Shown: positions 10,722 through 21,432, counted from the first letter of the stretch. The stretch: 64,000 bases of DNA from Longimicrobiales bacterium (GCA_965248195.1 CBDFIQ010000002.1:1728001-1792000); one strand, 5' to 3'. Numbers and translations are program-made. The notes: a model not told the origin generated them from the letters alone.

Positions 10722-13202
10722 ATGAACTACAACTTCACCGACCGGGTCCGAAAAGTGCTGGCGATGGCCAGGGAAGAGGCGATCCGCCTCCAGCACGACT
10801 ACGTGGGCACCGAACACATCCTCCTCGGCCTCATCCGTGAGGGCGAGGGAGTAGCGGCCGCGGTGCTCACGAACCTGAATGTCGATCTCGACCAGATTCA
10901 CGAACAGGTCGAGGAGTCGGTGAAGAAGGGGAAGGCCACGATTGCACTAGGCGAACTCCCCTACACGTCGCGTGCCAAGAAGGTGCTCGAATTCGCGATG
11001 GCCGAAGCGAGAGAGCTCAGCCACTCCTACGTCGGCACCGAGCACCTCCTTCTCGGGTTGCTGCGGGAAGAGAAGGGGATCGCGGCTCAGGTCCTCAACT
11101 CATTGGGGATCGGGATGGAAGAGGCCCGCTCGGAGACCCTCAAGGTACTCGGGTCCGACGTGGGTCCGGCGCAGCCGGCGGGGATCGGTGGGGGATCGTT
11201 CACGCCGCCCTCAGGAAAGGGGGACAAGAAATCGAAAACCCCCGCGCTCGACCACTTCTGCCGCGACCTCACAGATCTGGCGCGACAGGGGAAGCTGGAT
11301 CCCACGATCGGCCGCAGAACCGAAATCGAGCGTGTGGTGGAGATCCTCTGTCGTCGGAAGAAAAACAACCCGGTGCTGATCGGAGAGCCCGGCGTCGGCA
11401 AGACCGCCATCGTAGAGGGGCTGGCTCAACTCATCTCCCGCAACGAGGTGACGGACGCCCTCAAGGATAACAGGGTGCTGGCCCTCGATATGGCGGCGGT
11501 GATCGCAGGCACCAAGTACCGCGGTCAGTTCGAGGAACGGCTCAAAGCCGTGATGAACGAGATCTCACAGAACCAGGGCGTCGTACTCTTCATCGACGAG
11601 TTGCACACGTTGGTCGGAGCCGGTGCCGCGGAGGGCGCAATCGACGCGTCCAATATGCTCAAGCCCTCGTTGTCTCGTGGGGAACTTCAGTGTATCGGCG
11701 CGTCGACGCTCAACGAGTACAGGAAGTACATCGAGAAGGACGGCGCCCTCGAGCGTCGCTTCCAGCCCGTTATCGTAGACCCACCGTCCGTCGAAGAGAC
11801 GGTCGCAATTCTGCAGGGTCTGAAGAAGCACTACGAGGACCATCATCGGATCGTGATTCCCGACGAGCCGCTCCGACAGGCCGCGAAGCTTGCCGATCGA
11901 TACATCACCGACCGGTTCCTCCCCGACAAAGCTATCGACGTCATCGATGAAGCCGGCGCACGCGCACGCATCGCGGCGCAGGTACCGCCTCCGCAGGTCG
12001 AGGAGCTGAAGGAAGAGCTCGCCGAGATCGCGGACCGGAAGGAAGGCGCTATCCGAGACCAGGACTTCGAGCGCGCTGCTGAGCTTCGGGATCAGGAGCG
12101 CGCGCTCCAAGATCGGATCAGGTCCGAACAAGAAGAGTGGGAAGAGGAGCGTAAGCAGCACCGCCCCGAAATCGAATCCGAGGACGTGGCGTTCATCGTA
12201 GCCCGGTGGACAGGGATCCCGGTGACGAGGCTCCAGCAGGCCGAGACCGAGCGCCTGGTCTCCATGGAGGATGAGCTTCACAAGCGGGTGGTCGGCCAAA
12301 ACGATGCCATCCGAGCCATCTCGAGAGCGATTCGAAGAAGCCGTGCGGGCCTCAAGAACCCTCAGCGTCCGATCGGATCCTTTATTTTCTCAGGACCGAC
12401 GGGGGTGGGGAAGACGGAGCTCGCTCGGGCATTGGCAGAATTTCTCTTTGCCGACAGAGAGGCCCTCATCCGCGTGGATATGAGCGAATACATGGAGAAG
12501 TTCTCCGTGTCACGGCTGATCGGCGCGCCCCCCGGATATGTGGGTTACGAAGATTCCGGCGCACTTACCAAGGCGGTTCGGCGCCGTCCGTACTCGGTGG
12601 TCCTCCTCGACGAGATCGAAAAGGCGCATCCGGATGTGTTCAACATCCTGCTCCAGGTGCTGGACGAAGGGCACCTCACGGATAACTACGGCAGAGTGAT
12701 CGACTTCAAGAACACCGTCCTCATCATGACGTCCAACCTCGGAGCCAGAGAGATCTCCAAGGGTGGCAGTCTCGGATTTCACGATGGTGAACAGCAGACC
12801 TCATACGATGTGATGCAGGCCAAGGTACGCGACGAAATCGAGAGGGCGTTCAATCCGGAGTTCCTCAATCGGGTGGACGAGACCATCGTCTTCCATACCC
12901 TCGACCGCGACGAGATCGCACAGGTTGTTCACATTCTCATGAAGGAGATCGAGGAACGGCTGGCGGAAGAGGATCTCACCGTGTCGCTCTCTGAGGCTGC
13001 GATACACTTCTTGGTGGAAAAAGGATACGACGAGAAGTTCGGGGCTCGTCCCTTGCGCCGCGCGATTCAGCGTTACTTGGAGGATCCGCTCTCCGAAAAA
13101 ATCCTGACCGCCGAGTTTTCCGCAGGAGACGAGATCGTCGTGGATGTTAATGAGGACGACGAGGGCCTCACCCTCGCGGTGGCATCACAGTCCAAGACGT
13201 GA
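10722..13202 (+). CDS. clpC: ATP-dependent Clp protease ATPase subunit ClpC
   Basis: Two Clp-N repeats, two AAA+ domains ([16 protein letters not shown]), UVR middle domain, LGF ClpP-binding loop. Confidence 0.95.
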   Translation: MNYNFTDRVRKVLAMAREEAIRLQHDYVGTEHILLGLIREGEGVAAAVLTNLNVDLDQIHEQVEESVKKGKATIALGELPYTSRAKKVLEFAMAEARELSHSYVGTEHLLLGLLREEKGIAAQVLNSLGIGMEEARSETLKVLGSDVGPAQPAGIGGGSFTPPSGKGDKKSKTPALDHFCRDLTDLARQGKLDPTIGRRTEIERVVEILCRRKKNNPVLIGEPGVGKTAIVEGLAQLISRNEVTDALKDNRVLALDMAAVIAGTKYRGQFEERLKAVMNEISQNQGVVLFIDELHTLVGAGAAEGAIDASNMLKPSLSRGELQCIGASTLNEYRKYIEKDGALERRFQPVIVDPPSVEETVAILQGLKKHYEDHHRIVIPDEPLRQAAKLADRYITDRFLPDKAIDVIDEAGARARIAAQVPPPQVEELKEELAEIADRKEGAIRDQDFERAAELRDQERALQDRIRSEQEEWEEERKQHRPEIESEDVAFIVARWTGIPVTRLQQAETERLVSMEDELHKRVVGQNDAIRAISRAIRRSRAGLKNPQRPIGSFIFSGPTGVGKTELARALAEFLFADREALIRVDMSEYMEKFSVSRLIGAPPGYVGYEDSGALTKAVRRRPYSVVLLDEIEKAHPDVFNILLQVLDEGHLTDNYGRVIDFKNTVLIMTSNLGAREISKGGSLGFHDGEQQTSYDVMQAKVRDEIERAFNPEFLNRVDETIVFHTLDRDEIAQVVHILMKEIEERLAEEDLTVSLSEAAIHFLVEKGYDEKFGARPLRRAIQRYLEDPLSEKILTAEFSAGDEIVVDVNEDDEGLTLAVASQSKT

Positions 13203-13218
13203 GCGGTGGCACCGAATT

Positions 13219-15648
13219 GTGGATCGATCATTCCGTTTGAATAGCGCACTCCACACCCGGGGTCGGCTGCTCGCGTTCCTGGTGATCCTCCTCCCGGCCA
13301 CCCAGGCATACGCGCAGCAATCGGGCGGTGAGGTCGAGCCCGTTGTGATCGACTCGGTGGACGTGGAAGGGAACATCCGCCAGGCCGACCTCACGATCAT
13401 CGCCTTCGGCGGCCTGAACCAGGGCTCCGCCTATACGATCTTCGACATCCAGCGGGCGACCAAAGCGATGTGGGCGACCGGGCATTTCAAAGACATTCGG
13501 GTTCGCGTCGAGGGCGATATTGGTGGCCATGTGACCCTCATCTGGGAGGTCGACGAGCAGGACCTCTTGAGAAACGTCTCCATCACCGGGTTGACCAGCG
13601 TAGATCGGGGTGAGGTCGGTGACACGACGGGCCTTACGGCCGGCTCCCCCTATTCGCCGGGCGCCGTGCTCGAGGCGATGGCGTTCATTAGGAGCCAGTT
13701 GGCCGCGGAGGGGATTCCCTTCGCGAACATCGTAGAACGTATCGAGCGCGTCCCGGATCGCGGCAAGGAGATCGTCTTGTTCCTGGACGTGGAGGAAGGT
13801 ACACGCGTCACGGTCGCCGATGTCGTGTTCAGTGGCAATGCGGTTTTCGTCGACGACGACCTGCGTGGAGCCATGTCCGTGCGGCCCGAGGGGTTCTGGT
13901 GGTGGCGCTCGGGTTCGTACGATCGAGAAAAATTCGACGAGGACCTACAGGTTGGTCTTCCGGATTATTACGCCGCCAGAGGTTATCTCGACTTCGCCGT
14001 TTTGGGAGACTCTCTGATCATCGATCCCGTGACCGGAAAAACGCGGCTCGAGATTTCGGTAGACGAGGGCCAGCAGTACCGGCTCAGGGAATTCACCATC
14101 GAGGGCAACAGCGAGTTCTCGACTGCGGAGCTCCAGCTCAACTTCCAGCGCGAACGGGGCGGCCTCTTCGGGGGTTCAGATTCGGGCGATACAGACCAGC
14201 TCCCCGTCTTCGACAACGCCAGCTTCATGGAAGCCACCGGTGAGGTAGGTCAACGCTATCAAAACGAGGGATACCTCTACTCCCGGGTCGTCCCCTTCGT
14301 AAGGAAGAACCCACTCGAGGAGGGTGAGGCGCCCACAGTGGATGTCGGTTGGGCCATTGAAGAGGGGCCGCAGGCTTATATCGGGCGCGTCAACATCGTA
14401 GGAAACGAGTACACGTATGAAAGGGTGATCCGCGACAAGATTTTCATCCTACCAGGGGATGTGTACTCGCAAGAACGGATCATCCAAAGCTTCCAGAGCA
14501 TTTCATCGTTGGGCTTTTTCGAAGTGCCGATGGAGGTGCCCGACATCGCCCCCAATCAGGACGGGGATGTGGACGTCACGTTCACGGTGACGGAAAAGCC
14601 GACCGGAGCCGTCAATTTTGGTACTTCTGTCGGGGGCGGCACGGGTGGCCTTTCCGGCTTCATCGGGTATGATCAACCGAATCTGTTCGGCAAGGGCAAG
14701 TCGGGAAGCCTGAGGTGGGATTTCGGCGAGTTCCTGAACAACCAGACCCTCACCTACGTGGACCCGGGTGTCTTCGAGTCTCTCGTCAGTGCAAGCGTCA
14801 ACCTGTTCAATGCCCGGGACCGATTCATCTCGTTCCGCTCCGGCAGAAGGAAGCGCTTGGGCGGCGATTTGCGTTTGGGCTTCTTGATCCCCGGAGCACG
14901 GTTTACCCGATTCTTTACTGGGTACGGGCTGTCACGCACCGATCTTACGCTTCAATCCGGCGGCACCGACACGTCGTTGTTCGGACGGCCGCCGGGCACG
15001 CAGAGCACCTTTTCGATAGGCCTCACGCGGGCCACGCTGAATCACCCGTTGTTTCCTACCGTCGGTTCCCGCCAGTCGGTCAACATCGCGTTCACCGGGG
15101 GCCCCCTCGGGGGGAACGGGAGATTCATCAAGTATACGGCGGACGGAAGCTGGTGGCTCCCGATCGGGGTAATGGGTGGAGATGCGGCCACCGGCTCGGG
15201 AACCATCTTCGCGCTCGGCATGACCATGCGGATGGGGGCCCTCCAAGGAAACCACGATCCGTTCCCCTTCGATGGATTCTGGATGGGTGGCGTGCAATTC
15301 GGGCAACAGCTCCGTGGGTATGATGAAACCACGGTCACCCCGCTCGGATACTTCGAGGAGCAGGCCGGGGGGATCAGGGATATCGATCGGCTCGGAAGCG
15401 CGTTCTTTTCCATGACCACCGAGATCGCCATGAGGTTGGGTGCCCAGATGTCGTTCTCGGTCTTCATGGATGCAGGAAACGTTTGGCGGAACACCGCCGA
15501 GATCGATCCGACCCAACTCTTCAGGGGAGCCGGTTTGGGCATCCAGTTGGTCACTCCGTTCGGGCCCATCGGGTTGGACTACGCCTATGGATTCGACAAA
15601 ACCACGCCGGGCTGGCAACTGCACTTCCGGCTCGGACAAGGAAACTAG
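13219..15648 (+). CDS. bamA: Outer membrane protein assembly factor BamA (start approximate)
   Basis: Signal peptide, POTRA repeats, LRGY lid motif, C-terminal TPFGPIGLDYAYG...LHFRLG. Confidence 0.93.
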   Translation: MDRSFRLNSALHTRGRLLAFLVILLPATQAYAQQSGGEVEPVVIDSVDVEGNIRQADLTIIAFGGLNQGSAYTIFDIQRATKAMWATGHFKDIRVRVEGDIGGHVTLIWEVDEQDLLRNVSITGLTSVDRGEVGDTTGLTAGSPYSPGAVLEAMAFIRSQLAAEGIPFANIVERIERVPDRGKEIVLFLDVEEGTRVTVADVVFSGNAVFVDDDLRGAMSVRPEGFWWWRSGSYDREKFDEDLQVGLPDYYAARGYLDFAVLGDSLIIDPVTGKTRLEISVDEGQQYRLREFTIEGNSEFSTAELQLNFQRERGGLFGGSDSGDTDQLPVFDNASFMEATGEVGQRYQNEGYLYSRVVPFVRKNPLEEGEAPTVDVGWAIEEGPQAYIGRVNIVGNEYTYERVIRDKIFILPGDVYSQERIIQSFQSISSLGFFEVPMEVPDIAPNQDGDVDVTFTVTEKPTGAVNFGTSVGGGTGGLSGFIGYDQPNLFGKGKSGSLRWDFGEFLNNQTLTYVDPGVFESLVSASVNLFNARDRFISFRSGRRKRLGGDLRLGFLIPGARFTRFFTGYGLSRTDLTLQSGGTDTSLFGRPPGTQSTFSIGLTRATLNHPLFPTVGSRQSVNIAFTGGPLGGNGRFIKYTADGSWWLPIGVMGGDAATGSGTIFALGMTMRMGALQGNHDPFPFDGFWMGGVQFGQQLRGYDETTVTPLGYFEEQAGGIRDIDRLGSAFFSMTTEIAMRLGAQMSFSVFMDAGNVWRNTAEIDPTQLFRGAGLGIQLVTPFGPIGLDYAYGFDKTTPGWQLHFRLGQGN

Positions 15649-15658
15649 ACGGGGAGCT

Positions 15659-16204
15659 ATGTACACAATGCGACGTGTAATTCTGATTCCCGGTTTCCTT
15701 GCCGTCCTCGGTGCCGTCCTCGCTTCTACGGCCATTCAAGCGGCGGCTCAGAGCCCGCTGAAAATCGGCTACATCAACTCCCAGGCGATCATCGCGCAGG
15801 ATCCCGCCGCGACCGCCGCCCAGGAGCAGTTCCAGCGTGAGATGGTGCCCTTCGAGAGTGAGCTGCAGGCCCTCGAGGCGGAGATCGCCGACCTTGTCAG
15901 TCGATATCAGGCCCAACAGATCACGCTCACGGCCAACGCTCGCAGGACCCGCCAGGATGAAATCGTGCAAAAGCAGCAAGGCTATCAAGAGCGCATGGCC
16001 CAGATCGAGGCAGAGGCCGCCCGCCGCCAACAGGAGTTGGTACAGCCCATCATGGAGCGGATCAACAACATCATTCAGGACATCCGCAGCGAGGGCTCCT
16101 ATACTTTCATTTTCGATGTCGCGGGCGGCGGCCTGATCGCGGCGGACGAGTCGTTCGACCTCACCGGTGAGGTCATGGAGAGGCTGGCGGCGGGAGCGCA
16201 ATAA
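15659..16204 (+). CDS. skp: Periplasmic chaperone Skp/OmpH
   Basis: Signal peptide, KIGYIN, coiled coil, DLTGEV. GGGAG SD before ATG 15659. Lies between bamA and lpxD. Confidence 0.9.
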   Translation: MYTMRRVILIPGFLAVLGAVLASTAIQAAAQSPLKIGYINSQAIIAQDPAATAAQEQFQREMVPFESELQALEAEIADLVSRYQAQQITLTANARRTRQDEIVQKQQGYQERMAQIEAEAARRQQELVQPIMERINNIIQDIRSEGSYTFIFDVAGGGLIAADESFDLTGEVMERLAAGAQ

Positions 16205-17281
16205 ATGTGGATTGAGCCCGCACGGCTCACCCTTGCCGAGCTGGCAGCCATGGTAGGAGGACGGGCTGCGGGCGACATCAACAAGCCGATTTCCGGGGTC
16301 ACGTCGCTCACCCAGGCAGGGCCCTCGGATCTCGGGCTCCTGGTCGACTCCCGTTATTCTCACAGCGCGGCCGAAAGCGCTGCCGGAGCCATCCTCGTCT
16401 CCTCGAAATTGGAGAACGCCTTGGATCCCGCCCAAAGCCGGGTCGTGATGGAGGACCCTCGCATGGCGCTCCCGACCATCCTCGAACACTTCTATTCGGA
16501 TCCGGGCCCACCGCCCGGACTCCACGAAACAGCGGTCATCGCCGAGGACGTGAAGCTCGGTACGGGCGTGTCGGTGGGACCCTACGTGGTGATCGAAGAA
16601 AACGTCGTGATCGGGGAGGGGACCACCCTATATGCCCACGTGGTCGTCCGCGGCGGAGCACGATTGGGCCGGAACGTGACACTCCACCCACACGTCGTCC
16701 TATATCCGCATGTACAGTTGGGCGACCGGGTCGTCTTACACGCCGGTGTGTGCGTGGGAGTGGACGGGTTCGGGTACACGCACTCGGAGGAGGGTCTGGA
16801 GCAGATCCCGCATGTCGGATCATGCATTATCGGCGACGACGTGGAGATCGGTGCAAACAGTTGTGTGGACCGTGGCTCTCTCGGACGCACCGAGCTGGAG
16901 CCACAGGTGAAGTTGGACAATCTGGTCCATATCGCGCACAACGTCAGTGTGGGTCCCCGGACGGTCATGGCCGCACAAGTGGCGATCGCAGGTTCCACGC
17001 AGGTCGGAGCCGACACCATGTGGGGGGGGCAGGCCGGCGCAATGGATCATATTTCCGTCGGCGACGGCGCTCAGGTAGCGGCGCGAACTGGCCTGACCGA
17101 AGACGTTCCGGCGGGGAGTAGGATGGGGGGGTTTCCGGCTCGATCCCTCAAAGATTTCCTCAGGGCCCAGGCCCTTCTCTTCCGCCTAGGCTCACTCCGC
17201 CGCCGTGTCCGCGTCCTCGAACGTCTTCTTGCTTCCGGCGAGAACAGGGCTGTTTCCGCCGAAAACGAGGACCCGGGATGA
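16205..17281 (+). CDS. lpxD: UDP-3-O-acylglucosamine N-acyltransferase
   Basis: Hexapeptide repeats, GVDGFGY, EIGANSCVDRG, DNLVHIAHN. Confidence 0.95.
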   Translation: MWIEPARLTLAELAAMVGGRAAGDINKPISGVTSLTQAGPSDLGLLVDSRYSHSAAESAAGAILVSSKLENALDPAQSRVVMEDPRMALPTILEHFYSDPGPPPGLHETAVIAEDVKLGTGVSVGPYVVIEENVVIGEGTTLYAHVVVRGGARLGRNVTLHPHVVLYPHVQLGDRVVLHAGVCVGVDGFGYTHSEEGLEQIPHVGSCIIGDDVEIGANSCVDRGSLGRTELEPQVKLDNLVHIAHNVSVGPRTVMAAQVAIAGSTQVGADTMWGGQAGAMDHISVGDGAQVAARTGLTEDVPAGSRMGGFPARSLKDFLRAQALLFRLGSLRRRVRVLERLLASGENRAVSAENEDPG

Positions 17282-18558
17282 TTTCCCAGCAACATACCCT
17301 CGCCGGTGAGCATACGCTCGAGGGCGTGGGGGTGCATTCGGGAGAAAACGTATCACTGACCATGGGGCCCGCCGAAACGGGTGGTGTGCGCTTCCGGCGC
17401 GTCGATCTCAGCGGGTCTCCCGAGATTCCGGCCGACCTCGATCACGTAGTGGGATGCGAGATGGGGACGAGTCTGGGTGCGGGTGAGGTGAGGGTCCAGA
17501 CGGTCGAGCATGTAATGGCCGCCCTCTACGCTGCGGGGGTCGATCACGCAGTCATTGCGTTGAGGGGACCCGAGGCGCCAATCCTGGACGGCAGCTTCCA
17601 ACGCTACCTGGCCGCGGTCTCGGAGACGGGCACCGTGGAGTTGGAGGCGCCCGCCGAAGTGATCTCCGTGCGGGGGCGCCTGACGGTGACCACACCGACT
17701 GGCTCGTCCTACGTCGTGACCCCCGCGGACGCTCTGCGTGTGTCCGCTACCATCGATTTCGAGCACCAGGCGATCGGGCGCCAACACAATTCCTTCGACA
17801 TGAGCGAAGAGGCTTTCCGCCGCGAAATCGCCCCGGCCCGCACGTTCGGGTTCCATCAGGATGCCGAGGCCTTGAGAGCCCGGGGGCTCGCTCGAGGCAC
17901 ATCACTCGAAAACACCATCGTTCTCGACGACGAGGGAATAATGAACGACAGCCTTCGGTTCGATGACGAATTCGTGAGGCATAAGATCGGGGATCTGATC
18001 GGAGATCTGGCCCTGATCGGTCGACGCGTACATGGGCACATCGTTTCCGAGTGCCCGAGCCATGAAGGGAACATCAAACTTGCGAGGACTCTCTTGAAGC
18101 ATGCCCAAGCAGCTTCCCACGACCTTCCCATCGAGGTCGATCGGATCATGGAGCACCTTCCGCATCGGTATCCCTTCCTCCTGGTGGACCGGATCTTGGA
18201 GTTCGAACCCGAGAAGCGGATCGTAGGCCTCAAGAACGTCACCATCAGCGAGCCCTACTTTCAGGGTCACTTCCCGGGTCACCCGGTGATGCCGGGAGTC
18301 CTCATCATCGAGGCCATGGCACAGGCAGGTGGGCTTCTCCTGATGGACTCGGTGCCCGACCCAGAGAACAAGGTCGTGTATTTCATGTCGCTGGATAACG
18401 TGAAATGGCGCAAGCCCGTCATTCCTGGAGATCAGCTCGTCTTCGAGGTCGAAATGCTCCAATTCCGCCGCAATGTGTGCAAGCTTCGAGGCGTCGCGAA
18501 GGTGGACGGCAAGGTGGTCGCCGAGGCGGATATGATGGCTGGGATCGTCGATCGATGA
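17278..18558 (+). CDS. lpxC: Bifunctional LpxC/FabZ
   Basis: GVGVHSG, TVEH, ARTFG and HKIGD (LpxC) fused to LPHRYPFLLVD...FQGHFPGHPVMPGVL (FabZ). Confidence 0.95.
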   Translation: MISQQHTLAGEHTLEGVGVHSGENVSLTMGPAETGGVRFRRVDLSGSPEIPADLDHVVGCEMGTSLGAGEVRVQTVEHVMAALYAAGVDHAVIALRGPEAPILDGSFQRYLAAVSETGTVELEAPAEVISVRGRLTVTTPTGSSYVVTPADALRVSATIDFEHQAIGRQHNSFDMSEEAFRREIAPARTFGFHQDAEALRARGLARGTSLENTIVLDDEGIMNDSLRFDDEFVRHKIGDLIGDLALIGRRVHGHIVSECPSHEGNIKLARTLLKHAQAASHDLPIEVDRIMEHLPHRYPFLLVDRILEFEPEKRIVGLKNVTISEPYFQGHFPGHPVMPGVLIIEAMAQAGGLLLMDSVPDPENKVVYFMSLDNVKWRKPVIPGDQLVFEVEMLQFRRNVCKLRGVAKVDGKVVAEADMMAGIVDR

Positions 18559-19364
18559 ACACCGGTTCTTGGAGTACTGGAGGCGAGGTCGAGGCCCTCG
18601 TCCACCCGACCGCCATTATCGATTCCGAGGCGAATGTGGCTCCGGGTGTGGCCGTTGGGCCGTATTCGATCATCGGGCCGGGCGTTTCGGTCGGACTAGG
18701 CACGGTTCTCGGGCCCCACGTGCTTTTGGAGCGAGATACCACGGTCGGCGAACAGTGCCAGATCGCCAAGGGCGCGGTCCTCGGAAGTGATCCGCAGGAT
18801 CTCAAGTACGAGGGCGAACCTTCCCGGTTGATCGTGGGCGACCGCACCGTGGTGCGCGAGTATGCGACGCTCAATCGTGGCACACGAGCCTCGGGGAAGA
18901 CCACCGTGGGGAGTGACTGTTTGATCATGGCCTATGCGCACGTGGCTCATGACTGCGAAATCGGAAATCACGTCGTCCTCTCGAATGCGGTGAACATGGC
19001 CGGCCACGTGGTGATCGAGGACTGGGCGATCGTCGGGGGCCTCACGGCGATCCATCAGTTCGTTCGCATCGGCGCGCATTCGTTCTGTGGCGGGGGGTCC
19101 AGAGTTCCCCAGGACATACCGCCGTACCTCAAGGTGGCCGGAAATCCGGTCAAGGCTTACGGGCTCAACAATGTCGGATTGGAGAGGCGGGGCGTTTCCG
19201 AGGACGTGAGACGAGCCTTGAAGCAAACCTACCAAGTCCTATACCAATCGAAACTTACGCTAATGCGTAGTCTGGATATTGCTGAGAAAGAGGTGGAGCA
19301 AATCCCTGAGGTCCGGCACCTGTTGACGTTCATTCGCTCCAGCAAGCGCGGGGTCACCACCTGA
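18555..19364 (+). CDS. lpxA: UDP-N-acetylglucosamine O-acyltransferase
   Basis: VHPTAII, PQDLKY, HVAHDC and HQFVRIG. ATG overlaps the lpxC stop (ATGA). Confidence 0.95.
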   Translation: MNTGSWSTGGEVEALVHPTAIIDSEANVAPGVAVGPYSIIGPGVSVGLGTVLGPHVLLERDTTVGEQCQIAKGAVLGSDPQDLKYEGEPSRLIVGDRTVVREYATLNRGTRASGKTTVGSDCLIMAYAHVAHDCEIGNHVVLSNAVNMAGHVVIEDWAIVGGLTAIHQFVRIGAHSFCGGGSRVPQDIPPYLKVAGNPVKAYGLNNVGLERRGVSEDVRRALKQTYQVLYQSKLTLMRSLDIAEKEVEQIPEVRHLLTFIRSSKRGVTT

Positions 19365-19397
19365 GCGGTCGCGGTGGGACGTGCCAAAGGGAGGTCC

Positions 19398-19532
19398 ATG
19401 TCGCTGATACGCATCCGTCGGCAACGGAAAAAGAACTGGATCGATAAGAAGGCGGGCTGGTCGCCTCGCCGACTCGTGATTTTTCTCGCCATGCTCCTGG
19501 CCGCGATCTGGTATCTGGGTTTCCGATTCTGA
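19398..19532 (+). CDS. Small 44-aa basic membrane protein (not in ORF track)
   Basis: SD GGGAGG then ATG. MSLIRIRRQRKKNWIDKKAGWSPRRLVIFLAMLLAAIWYLGFRF*. Fills the lpxA-lpxB gap. Confidence 0.7.
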   Translation: MSLIRIRRQRKKNWIDKKAGWSPRRLVIFLAMLLAAIWYLGFRF

Positions 19533-20671
19533 AGAGCGCGGGCGAGAGCGCGGACCCGACGATCCTGGTCCTCGCCGGTGAGGCCTCGGGTGATGAGTAT
19601 GCCGCGCGCCTGGTCGAGGCCCTGAAGGCGCGGTGGCCACGCAGCCGTTTCCTCGGCATCGGCGGTGCGCGAATGAAGGGCCAGGGGGTCGAGCTACTCG
19701 CCGACCTCGACGCGCTGGCAGTCATGGGAGTCGCCGAGGTCCTCCCGCGACTCCCCTTTCTTCACCGCCTCAAATGGCGGCTCATCTCACTCTTGGATAG
19801 CGGCGTCGTGGATCTCGTGATTCCGGTCGATTATGCCGGATTCAATCTCCGAATCGCGAGGGCCGCTCGGCGACGTGAGCTACCTGTCCTCTACTATATC
19901 GCCCCGAAGGTCTGGGCGTGGGGTGCCCGCCGCGTAAAGAAACTGGCCGCCTACACCAACCATCTTGCGCTGATTCTTCCGTTCGAGGAGGAGGCCTTGG
20001 TGGGGGCCGGGGCGAATGCCACCTTCGTCGGGCATCCGCTCCTGGAGACCCCGGCCCAGGAGCCTGATCGACCGGCGTTCTGCCGTAGGTGGGGTCTCGA
20101 CGCCCAACGCCCGATTCTGGCGCTGCTGCCGGGATCCAGGGATCAGGAGCTGCACCGTCACCTGGCCCTGTTCCTCGAGGCGGGCCGTCTCGTTCAGGAC
20201 CGAGGAGGCGACGTACAGCTCGTGCTCGCGCGTGCTTCGTCGATTTCGCCCTCCGCCTTCCGTGCCGTCGAGGCCGCGGTGGTCGATGACGCGCGAAGCC
20301 TTCTCGCTCATTCAGCGCTGGCCCTCGTGAAATCAGGCACTTCAACGCTCGAGGCGGCCCTCGAGGGAACCCCATGCGTCGTGGTGTACCGAACGCATCC
20401 GGTCACGTTCGCCTTGGCACGAAGGCTCCTACGAGTCGACCGTATCGCGTTACCGAACCTGATCGCGGGACGAGATGTCATACCCGAGGTGCTCCAGAAC
20501 CAAGCAACCCCCGACCGCCTCGCCGATCTTCTCCTGAGGCTTCTCCCACCGGACTCCGCTGAGCGGGCCGACATGATCACCGGCTTCCTGGGGATACGAG
20601 CCGCACTCGGCGAACCTGGAGCATCCGCCCGCGTCGCCGAGCTGGCGGCAGATCTTCTGGAGATTTCGTGA
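19529..20671 (+). CDS. lpxB: Lipid-A-disaccharide synthase (probable CTG start)
   Basis: Conserved ILVLAGEASGD motif lies in frame upstream of the track's ATG 19673. YIAPKVWAW, FVGHPL, LLPGSR and KSGTSTLE motifs. Confidence 0.92.
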   Translation: MKSAGESADPTILVLAGEASGDEYAARLVEALKARWPRSRFLGIGGARMKGQGVELLADLDALAVMGVAEVLPRLPFLHRLKWRLISLLDSGVVDLVIPVDYAGFNLRIARAARRRELPVLYYIAPKVWAWGARRVKKLAAYTNHLALILPFEEEALVGAGANATFVGHPLLETPAQEPDRPAFCRRWGLDAQRPILALLPGSRDQELHRHLALFLEAGRLVQDRGGDVQLVLARASSISPSAFRAVEAAVVDDARSLLAHSALALVKSGTSTLEAALEGTPCVVVYRTHPVTFALARRLLRVDRIALPNLIAGRDVIPEVLQNQATPDRLADLLLRLLPPDSAERADMITGFLGIRAALGEPGASARVAELAADLLEIS

Positions 20672-21432
20672 AGTCCGCGTTTACCCGGATCGGGCTCGGG
20701 GTGTTGGGTCGAATCGGGCCGGCCGGGTTGGGCCTCACGGGCCGATATGCCCTACGGGCTCTTTTTCGGACTCTGCACGTGGAGAGCACGGGGCACCACC
20801 ACGTGATGGAGCTCAGGCAAGAGGGTACGCGGGTCATCTTCGTCTTCTGGCATGGACGACTCTTGCCCTTGATCCACGTTCATCGGCACGACGGCATCGT
20901 GGTCCTGGTCAGTGAACATCGCGACGGGGATTACCTCACACGCCTTCTCCATCATTTCGGCTTCGGGACCGTGCGGGGCTCGAGCACGCGCGGGGGGGTA
21001 CGGGGCCTGAAAGGGCTCATCCGAGCGGCTGGGAGGGGACTGGATCTCGCCATTACACCGGACGGCCCCCGAGGCCCGAACCGCGAGCTGAAGCCCGGCG
21101 CGTTGACCGCCGCCCGCATGACGGGCCTTCCACTGGTGCCGGTGGGGGTCGGAGTCACTTCCGCCTGGCGCATCCGAAGTTGGGACGAGCTCCTCGTGCC
21201 CAAGCCCTTTTCGACGGTACGGGTCGCTTACGGTCGTCCCAGCTTCGTCCCCAGACACGCTAGCCAGGCAGAGATCGACGAGGTGATCGGGTCGCTCGAA
21301 TTCGGGCTGATCGACCTCGCCGCCCAAGTCGGAGACGCGCAGCCCCCCGGCCCAATCACCGACAGCGGCCCAATCACCGATACCGGCCCAATCACCGACA
21401 CCGGTGCAATCACAGACACGCCTGCTTCGTGA
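20668..21432 (+). CDS. DUF374 lysophospholipid acyltransferase family (LpxJ-like lipid A acyltransferase)
   Basis: FWHGR, SEHRDG, RGSSTRGG and ITPDGPRGP motifs. Located inside the lpx cluster. Confidence 0.85.
   Translation: MKSAFTRIGLGVLGRIGPAGLGLTGRYALRALFRTLHVESTGHHHVMELRQEGTRVIFVFWHGRLLPLIHVHRHDGIVVLVSEHRDGDYLTRLLHHFGFGTVRGSSTRGGVRGLKGLIRAAGRGLDLAITPDGPRGPNRELKPGALTAARMTGLPLVPVGVGVTSAWRIRSWDELLVPKPFSTVRVAYGRPSFVPRHASQAEIDEVIGSLEFGLIDLAAQVGDAQPPGPITDSGPITDTGPITDTGAITDTPAS
21349..21420 (+). repeat. 18-bp tandem repeat x4 encoding (G-P/A-I-T-D-S/T)
   Basis: ggcccaatcaccgacagc / ggcccaatcaccgatacc / ggcccaatcaccgacacc / ggtgcaatcacagacacg. Confidence 0.9.
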
